A DNA stretch of 43,605 nt from contig DASSPO010000132.1 in the NCBI GenBank assembly GCA_035699585.1, positions 1 to 43,605 on the forward strand, read 5' to 3'. Both the position numbers and the translations under genes were made by a program. Under the pieces are notes generated by a model. That model did no database searches. It was given only the letters and a program-made list of their open reading frames with translations, and was not told where the DNA came from. Positions 37,901 to 43,605 of the stretch are shown in pieces (the stretch's first letter is position 1; every line of letters begins with the position of its first letter). The stretch comes from Bauldia sp. (GTDB lineage Bacteria; Pseudomonadota; Alphaproteobacteria; Rhizobiales; Kaistiaceae).

Positions 37901-38017
37901 GAAAAGACCGCTGTCGCGGATCAGCTTCCGCTCGCGCTCAAGCTGCGGGTCATCGCGGTGCTTGCGCCCGGCGCGCGAGCGAAACCCAAGGCGGTCTGCC
38001 AGAGCCTTCAGCGACAA
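34949..38017 (-). CDS. Multi-domain glycosyltransferase (N-terminal repeats, GT4-like, GT2-like and CgeB-like GT domains)
   Basis: FD..FYL...P..HY/F...G repeats; YDIDD, FNRYKSHIRFLEAAAVGVP; WGDTHFA, FVGNSR, NNRIFDVLAC. TTG start is uncertain. Confidence 0.85.
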   Translation of the reverse strand: MSLKALADRLGFRSRAGRKHRDDPQLERERKLIRDSGLFDAAFYLRQSPNLAGKKTDPISHYLREGARQRKNPSRAFDTGFYLDSNPDVVAAGVNPLVHFLGVGRAEGRKATADPEDWDARDVPTLTMTSEVSRRRPVYLVPAYLAERNTTRYRAYHLAELLADTAVAVIDFRAPPPGFFAQLQDGGIVILQRLPFNKETETFLLRLRESPALIVYDIDDQVFDPNELEDWRLDGLDVPPAQYARCMALADHFLVSTTRLRDKVERRFRRPAHVITNCLNREIVVASEAAAIGPRHAADDPFIIGYASGSKTHEQDLEVVLPALARFLRANPRAELHCIGHLDVPKSLKQEFGSRIVRRRAVHWRKLPEALAQSSVQIVPLADCTFNRYKSHIRFLEAAAVGVPSVVSPVGELAATVVHQETGFVCGDAESWFEVLQKLHDDPSLRSRVGTAARRHVTTYFTTRSPFLRARAERALGDLELGVCRDKLSIAMVASGPSDTVRATIESIYRTTTVPFEICVWINPGDEAIRAYLRGLSHDNLLVVESSRPVVAAEARNYLSGIIAERFVCGVDAGYEMPDRWDIRMIAAVKAIPDLGWLSTNLTPESSGIRERGPVDSFPGGVSLFRPSVVGDWVMFSTASAFRKIGPYRETPEGTAADYTRRARALGLYAGHVRGVVGRYGEVSSGAARPLHVAIKVCTPVGEDENVWGDTHFAHGLKASLETMGYRVRVDKLEEWYDANSRSTDIVIHLLGIRKYEPDPRHLNLLWIISHPDLIDPDFLYGFDHVFCASDPIADRVRQLAPEVRAETLLQCTDTRVFHPDDRVPRDLGVVFVGNSRKVYREAVRLAVDEGFDVAIWGTLWESFVDRRHIRGQSLTNSEVADVYRRATVVLNDHWDDQRRDGLVNNRIFDVLACNTIVLSDANPGLAALFEGRVPTFADRAGFASALNRLLRDPDRDRLAAELGAETRARHSFDERARMIHAAISQLVRDRATYKDGLLASVRRQRAEAAQTRAKDVTETAI

Positions 38018-38144
38018 GTGCCCAGCGTCCTATCCCCTATGCGGCTGGACTTAGCGCAATGTGCTCTTCCTTCGCAACCGCCCGGCGGCCCGGGGCGGCA
38101 CAGGGTGGCCCTCGGCGCGCAGCGCGATCCGGTTTCGCGATCCT

Positions 38145-40358
38145 CTACTTTTCAGTCGCGGTGAACGAGCCGTCCCAATCGGCCGGCGGCGGGGACTCGC
38201 GCCAGAATTCGATGCGCGACTGATAGACGTCGTAAAGCTTGCCGAGCGCCGCAACGCCTATCGCACGGCATTCGGCGATCAGGGCCTCGGCGCGATCCCA
38301 GGACCGGTCGCGATAGGCGGCGAGCATCGCCGCGTGCAACGGCATGAGCTTCGCCAGGGCCATCTCCGTGGCGCCGAGCGCCGCGGTCATCGTATAAAGC
38401 CGGCTTGGCGCGGTGCGGCCCTTGACCTTGATCAGATCGAGCTCGAGGAGCGAGTCCTTGACCTGCGCGGCGGTGGTTTCGCCCACCACAATCGTGACGC
38501 CATACTGCTTGGACAGGCCCTCGAGCCGGGAGGCGACGTTCACGTCGTCGCCGATCGCCGAATAATCGAAACGCTGCGAGGAGCCGAGATTGCCGACGCA
38601 GCAGTTTCCGGAGTTGATTCCGATACCCACCGCGACCGGCACATATCGCCGCCCCTTCTCCTCCGCCTCGCGCCTCCAGGCGTCGTTCAGATCGCGCATG
38701 CGTTCCGCTATCTCGACCGCCGCCGCGCAGGCGTTGCCGGCGTGCGCCGGATCGTCGAGGGGCGCGTTCCAGAAGGCCATGATCGCGTCGCCCATGTACT
38801 TATCGATGGTGCCGCGGCGCTTGAGGATGATGTCGGTCAGCGGCGTCAGCAGGCTGTTGATGAAGTGCGTCAGCTCGTGGGCGGTGAGAGTCTCCGAGAT
38901 CGAGGTGAAATTCCGCACGTCGCAGAACAGAATCGTGAGCTCGCGAACCTCGCCGCCGAGCTCGAGCCGCTCGGGGTGGGCGATGAGCTCGTCGACCACC
39001 GCAGGCGCCACATAGTGGGAGAAGGCGAGGCGCACCTGGCTTCGCTGCTGCTCGACGCGCCGGTAGACGTAAAGCGTCGCCACCGCCACCAGGAACGCAA
39101 TAGCCAGCGCCGGATAGGACGGGTCGATGAGAATGTGGAGGCGGTCGTAGGCGAGCCAGCCGCCAACAAATATCGCAAGGATGATCGAGCTGCCGAGGAG
39201 CGCCGCCGAGCCGGCCGAGACGCGCGGCAGGACCACGCCGAGGGCCGCACCGACCAGCAGGACCAGAAGCACCTCGACCGCCGGTGCATAGTCGGGCCGG
39301 GAGAGCGTGCGGCCGGACAGTATGTGTTCGATCGCCTGGGCATGGATTTCGACTCCGGGGAGCGCCGCGTCGAGCGGCGTGGCGCGAAGGTCGTTGAGAC
39401 CGGGCGCGCTGGTGCCGACGAGGAGGATGACGCCGGCAACCTCGCCGGGGTCGTTCTCGCCCGAAAGCACTTTCCAGGCGGGTATGAAGGCGGCGGGATT
39501 GGAATGACGGAATTGAAGCCAGATCGCGCCGTCGGCGTCGGTCGGAGTCTCGATCGCTCCCCACTTGATGTTGTTAAGCCCGGTCTCCCGGCCAAAGGCG
39601 CTTTCGCCGCTCGCGTTCGAGGACTTGAGGATGTAGGTGCTCGCGCCTTGCGCCACGCGAAGCGCCTCGGCGAACAGGGCCGGTACGAACCGGTCGCCGA
39701 GGCCGTAGACGATCGAGATCCGCCGGACGACCTGGTCGCGGTCCGGAATCCAGTTGATCGCGCCGATGCCGGAGGCCTTCTCGTCAAGGATCGGCAGGTT
39801 CGAGGAACTGCCGGCGAAGCGGGGCATGAACGGCAGCGGGTCGTCGCCGGCAACGGCGAAGCCCGCCTTGGCCGGCAGCGGCACGCCGGACGGGCGGGCG
39901 GTGAGCGCCGCAGCAAGCACGGTCGGAGCGCGTCCGATGGCATCGGCCAAGACGGAATCATGGCTCACGCGACCGGCCAACAAGGGCCCGAGCGAGGCCG
40001 CTTCTTCCGGCGGCAACCGCGCCAGGAACTGCTCGGGCGAGGTCTGGTCCGGCTCGGCGAAGAGAATATCGAAAGCAATCGCCGCGGCGCCCTGGGCGGC
40101 AAGCCGATCGACCAGTTGCGCGATCGTCGTTCTTGGCCACGGCCATTGCCCGACGCGCGCCAGCGACTCCTCGTCGATATCGACGACCCGCACCGGCATC
40201 GCCGGGTCATAGGCCTCTGGTTCCAGGCGCTGATAGGAATCGAAGGCAATCAGACGCAGGGCCTGAAGGAAGAAAGGGTCGAGAACGCGAAGGGCGGTCG
40301 CCCCGACCAGAGCTGCGACGACCAGAAGAACATAGGTCCAGCCGGTTCTGACCGTCAT
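38145..40358 (-). CDS. CHASE2-domain class III adenylate/guanylate cyclase
   Basis: VVDIDEESL..VGQWPWPR, FDILFAEPD, PGVEIHA; three TMs; LFCDVRNFT, IDKYMGDAIMA, GDDVNVASRLEG. Confidence 0.95.
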   Translation of the reverse strand: MTVRTGWTYVLLVVAALVGATALRVLDPFFLQALRLIAFDSYQRLEPEAYDPAMPVRVVDIDEESLARVGQWPWPRTTIAQLVDRLAAQGAAAIAFDILFAEPDQTSPEQFLARLPPEEAASLGPLLAGRVSHDSVLADAIGRAPTVLAAALTARPSGVPLPAKAGFAVAGDDPLPFMPRFAGSSSNLPILDEKASGIGAINWIPDRDQVVRRISIVYGLGDRFVPALFAEALRVAQGASTYILKSSNASGESAFGRETGLNNIKWGAIETPTDADGAIWLQFRHSNPAAFIPAWKVLSGENDPGEVAGVILLVGTSAPGLNDLRATPLDAALPGVEIHAQAIEHILSGRTLSRPDYAPAVEVLLVLLVGAALGVVLPRVSAGSAALLGSSIILAIFVGGWLAYDRLHILIDPSYPALAIAFLVAVATLYVYRRVEQQRSQVRLAFSHYVAPAVVDELIAHPERLELGGEVRELTILFCDVRNFTSISETLTAHELTHFINSLLTPLTDIILKRRGTIDKYMGDAIMAFWNAPLDDPAHAGNACAAAVEIAERMRDLNDAWRREAEEKGRRYVPVAVGIGINSGNCCVGNLGSSQRFDYSAIGDDVNVASRLEGLSKQYGVTIVVGETTAAQVKDSLLELDLIKVKGRTAPSRLYTMTAALGATEMALAKLMPLHAAMLAAYRDRSWDRAEALIAECRAIGVAALGKLYDVYQSRIEFWRESPPPADWDGSFTATEK

Positions 40359-40531
40359 CGGGGTCCGGCGGCTTCGGGATGATCGGCGCGCATGAGGGCG
40401 GGTGCGGGGCGGTGGCGACCACCGCTCATATCATCGGCCATCGGCCTTGTCGAAGCGGGGCGCCCGCCGCTGGCGGGCAGCCGGGCCGTGGCCTATCATG
40501 TCCGGCTGTCGGCCTTGCCCCTGTGAAGGTC

Positions 40532-41290
40532 ATGCTCGCGTCCATCATCGAGGAAAGTCCCGTGCTTGCCGGGATCGCCGGCGCCGTGGTCGCCCTTCTC
40601 GCAATACTGCTTGCGGGGGCGGTGATCTCGAATTTCCGCGACCGGCGGCGAGCCGCGCGGCCAGCGCCGGGGCCCGGTTACCTTGGCGATCCGGACGAGG
40701 CGACGATGCCGCCGGGCCCGGGGTCGGCGCCATATGCCAGGCGCGGCTTCGGTCTTGGCGCCGTCATGACCGCCTTCCTCATCGGCCTGGTCGCAGGAGC
40801 GACTGCCGTCGTTTCCGCTTCGAAGGGCTTCACCACGGTGGTGCAGACCCTTGCCGAACTCGTCGACCTCGATCAGGCGGTCGGGCAGGCAGCCGCCGAC
40901 ACCGTTGGCGAGGGGTCGTCCCCCGCCCTCGGGCCGGTTCGACCGGCGGGTAACCCGCCGGCCGACATCATGGCCAAGCTCGCGGCCTTCGCCGAGGGGC
41001 TGAGGGAAAGCGTGCCGCGGGCGGCGGGACCGGAACTGTCGCTGACCCGCGTCGATCTTGACGGCATGACGCTCAACCTCGGCTACGCCGTGGGCAGGGT
41101 GATGGCCGAGGACGAGGTCGCGGCCTTCAACGCCTATATCCAGCGTACGGTGAGGTCGCTCTTTTGCGACCGGGAGGCGCGGGAAATACGTTATCTCAAC
41201 GAAAACGGGGTCGCTTTCGAGATGGAATACGTCGACCCGCGTGGCAAAACAGTCACAAGACTGACGGTTTCGCCGAATTTTTGTGCATAG
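40532..41290 (+). CDS. Hypothetical membrane protein with C-terminal AspS/GspS-beta pilotin-like domain
   Basis: Two hydrophobic segments; C-terminal VPRAAGPELSLTRVDLDGMTLNLGY...FC...YLNENGVAFEMEYVDPRGK...FC pattern. Confidence 0.6.
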   Translation: MLASIIEESPVLAGIAGAVVALLAILLAGAVISNFRDRRRAARPAPGPGYLGDPDEATMPPGPGSAPYARRGFGLGAVMTAFLIGLVAGATAVVSASKGFTTVVQTLAELVDLDQAVGQAAADTVGEGSSPALGPVRPAGNPPADIMAKLAAFAEGLRESVPRAAGPELSLTRVDLDGMTLNLGYAVGRVMAEDEVAAFNAYIQRTVRSLFCDREAREIRYLNENGVAFEMEYVDPRGKTVTRLTVSPNFCA

Positions 41291-41306
41291 AACTTTGACC
41301 AACACC

Positions 41307-41336
41307 CTCTTACGTCTGTTAAAACAGAATTAAGAG
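41307..41336. promoter_or_regulatory. CtrA-type box inside an AT-rich imperfect palindrome
   Basis: TTAA-AACAGAA-TTAA (TTAA-N7-TTAA) at 41319-41333, within CTCTTA-cg-TCTGTT-aa-AACAGA-at-TAAGAG. Confidence 0.55.
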
Positions 41337-41407
41337 TTTGGCTTTCGCCGGCCGGCCCGCCGGCATGGTGAGGCTTTTCTGTTGGTTGGGTGCATCCGGG
41401 TTTAGTG

Positions 41408-42718
41408 ATGGGACTGCGGGGGAAGTTGCTGTCACGCCTGTTGTGCGGGGGCGCGCTGATGCTGGCGCTCTCGCCGGCGTTCGCCGCCGCCGACCCCGCC
41501 GCGCTCCGCGCCGAACTCGACGCGATCTACCAGAGGCTGCTGGCCGATCCCTCCGACCGCGCGCTCAACCGGCGCATGGTCGAGATCGCAATCGAGCTCG
41601 AGGACTACGATGCGGCGATCGGGGCGGTGGAGCGGCTCATCTTCTACGAGCCGGACAACGCCGAACTCCAGCTCGAGGCGGCACGGCTTTACCTCAAGAT
41701 CGAGTCCTATGCCGCGGCCTCCGGCTATCTCAAGGACGCCGTCGCGCTCCCCGGCCTAAGCGACGCTCAGCTCGACGAGATCGCCGCGCTCACCCGGCAG
41801 GCGGAGCGGGGCGTGCGCGGATCGCCGTGGAGCGGTTTCGGCCAGGTCGGCGCGCGCTACCAGACCAATGCCAATATCGGCTCCGTCGAACTCGGCCTCA
41901 ACGAGCCGTTTCCGTTCGAAAAGCCGCAGCCGGACTGGAACAGCTTCGCCCTGGGCACGCTCGGACTCGACACCCCGATCGACAAGAACGTCGCCATCGA
42001 AGGCACGCTCTCCGGCTACTATGCCGATCAGGACAAGGTGAACCGCCTCGACCTCGGATTTGCCGAGCTTGCGGCAGGACCGAGATTCTCGACCGGGGAC
42101 CAAGCCCTGTCGGTGAAACCTTACGGGCTGATCCAGGGCATTCTCCTCGGCGACGAGCCTTACGAGGCAGCCTATGGGGCGGGCGCGCTCCTGCGCTGGG
42201 TGTTCGCCGACGGCTGGTGGGTGGAGCCCCAGTTCGAGTACAAGAACCGGACCTATTACAGCTCTCCCGACTACCCGGACGCGCCGGACCAGACCGGCGA
42301 GATCTATACCTATGCGGTGAACTTCGGCGGGCAGTTCTCCGACGACATCAGCTGGAACTCCCGTCTCGGCTATAACCGGAACGAGGCGGCCAAGGCCTAC
42401 CAGAGCTACGATCAGTATTTCGCCAATGTGGGGGTGCAGATCGCCTTCGACGCCTTCGGAAGGGAGGGCTGGCTGTTCTCCCCGTTCGCGACCATTTCCT
42501 ATACGGATTTCAAGGGCATCGCGCCGCCGGAGGAATTCGCCGGCTACAAGACGATGCGCGAGGAGACGTTCTGGGGGGTCGGCGCCAACCTCGAAATACC
42601 GTGGCGGGACAATATCGGCCTTGGTTTAGCCGTCGAGTACAATCAGAACATTTCCAACGTCGACCGCGACGACTATGAGAACGTCAAGGTGGTGATCGGC
42701 CCGCAGGGCAGATTCTAG
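41408..42718 (+). CDS. Outer-membrane beta-barrel protein with N-terminal TPR (Slam/DUF560-like)
   Basis: Signal peptide; TPR-like helices (YDAAIGAVERLIFYEPDNAELQLEAARLY); amphipathic aromatic-rich strands; C-terminal Phe (GPQGRF). Confidence 0.8.
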   Translation: MGLRGKLLSRLLCGGALMLALSPAFAAADPAALRAELDAIYQRLLADPSDRALNRRMVEIAIELEDYDAAIGAVERLIFYEPDNAELQLEAARLYLKIESYAAASGYLKDAVALPGLSDAQLDEIAALTRQAERGVRGSPWSGFGQVGARYQTNANIGSVELGLNEPFPFEKPQPDWNSFALGTLGLDTPIDKNVAIEGTLSGYYADQDKVNRLDLGFAELAAGPRFSTGDQALSVKPYGLIQGILLGDEPYEAAYGAGALLRWVFADGWWVEPQFEYKNRTYYSSPDYPDAPDQTGEIYTYAVNFGGQFSDDISWNSRLGYNRNEAAKAYQSYDQYFANVGVQIAFDAFGREGWLFSPFATISYTDFKGIAPPEEFAGYKTMREETFWGVGANLEIPWRDNIGLGLAVEYNQNISNVDRDDYENVKVVIGPQGRF

Positions 42719-42726
42719 AGGTGGCC

Positions 42727-43494
42727 ATGAAAACGCGCATCGTCCGGGCCGCAGCCATCACCATCGGAGCGACCCTTCTCCTTGCGCCGCCGGGCGCCCG
42801 GAGCGAAACCGTCGGCGCCGCGGCAGCGGTCCGCCCGACCTCGACCGGGACCCCGCCGGGCGGCAGCTCCCGTACCCTCGAGATCGGCACCGGCATCGTC
42901 TCGAAGGAGCGCATCCAGACGAGCGGCTCCGGCTCGCTCCAAGTGATGTTCAACGACAAGACAACGCTGACCATCGGCCCGAACAGCAACCTCGTGATAG
43001 ACGAGTTCGTCTACAACCCGGGCGCGGGCGGCGGCCGCTTCGCCGCAAGCCTCACCAAAGGGGCGCTCCGCTTCGTGGGCGGCCAGATCAGCCACACGGC
43101 GGGGGCGACGATCAACACGCCGGTCGCCTCCCTCGGCATCCGCGGCGGCGCCGCTCTGGTCACCCACGATTCGACCTGCCAGGCCAAGAAGGCCGGCAAC
43201 AACGGCCAAGGCTGCACCAAGATCGTATGCACGGGCGGCACCTGCTCCGTGAAGTCAAGGATCGACTCGCGGGCGGTGCAGCTGCGCGTCAACCAGGCGG
43301 TCGAAATCGGCGCATTGGGGGCTGTACGGTTCAACGCCGCCTCGGTGACGCTGAACGATGTGGCCAAAGGCGGCGACGGTGGGATCGTCGCCGGGCGCGA
43401 GGGCCCGAAGTCGGCACGGTTCTCCGCGCAATCAACGGTCGACCAAACCATCCTCGAGCAGACGCCTGAGCCGCCTGCTCCCCCTCCACCATAG
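42727..43494 (+). CDS. Exported FecR-domain protein
   Basis: Signal peptide; ERIQTSGSGSLQVMFNDKTTLTIGPNSNLVIDEFVY, GALRFVGG, TPVASLGIRG. Start is ATG 42727 or GTG 42721. Confidence 0.88.
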   Translation: MKTRIVRAAAITIGATLLLAPPGARSETVGAAAAVRPTSTGTPPGGSSRTLEIGTGIVSKERIQTSGSGSLQVMFNDKTTLTIGPNSNLVIDEFVYNPGAGGGRFAASLTKGALRFVGGQISHTAGATINTPVASLGIRGGAALVTHDSTCQAKKAGNNGQGCTKIVCTGGTCSVKSRIDSRAVQLRVNQAVEIGALGAVRFNAASVTLNDVAKGGDGGIVAGREGPKSARFSAQSTVDQTILEQTPEPPAPPPP

Positions 43495-43552
43495 AATCAC
43501 CGTTCGCGGCTCGGTGGGCTGACGCGAGTCGTCATAGATCGAGGCGTGCAAC

Positions 43553-43605
43553 GTGGCTGACTTTACTTCTCAAACGGTTCCGCCGAACCACGCCGTCACC
43601 AGCAC
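43553..43605 (+). CDS. Possible 5' end of a downstream gene (MADFTSQTVPPNHAVTS...), cut by the window edge
   Basis: GAGG about 8 nt before GTG 43553; frame is open to the window end. Confidence 0.3.
   Translation, partial: MADFTSQTVPPNHAVTS

Overview
High-GC DNA whose gene content and regulatory motifs point to an alphaproteobacterium (Hyphomicrobiales/Rhizobiales-like). About 36 CDS can be supported; no rRNA, tRNA, CRISPR array, integrase or transposase is visible. From left to right: a partial PfkB kinase, an SNase-type nuclease, an orphan RTX Ca-binding protein, a TPP riboswitch with thiM-thiE-thiD, and a sugar catabolism region (mutarotase-like protein, aldehyde dehydrogenase, ROK regulator, ABC transporter, two SDRs, TIM-barrel enzyme). 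Next come a Spy/CpxP gene with a two-component system, a small SutA-like/zinc-ribbon protein and a ~16-kb choline/glycine-betaine cluster. The window ends with a multi-domain glycosyltransferase and a CHASE2 cyclase / pilotin-like / TPR-beta-barrel / FecR module. The best candidate for an undescribed system is the choline cluster, which has two in-frame fusions: the BetI repressor joined to BetB betaine-aldehyde dehydrogenase, and a homocysteine S-methyltransferase joined to a non-pyrrolysine MttB/MtgB methyltransferase. These sit next to a corrinoid protein, a RamA-type activator and small unknown proteins, suggesting a B12-dependent, folate-independent betaine-to-methionine methyl relay. All family calls come from motif recognition by eye; no database searches were run.
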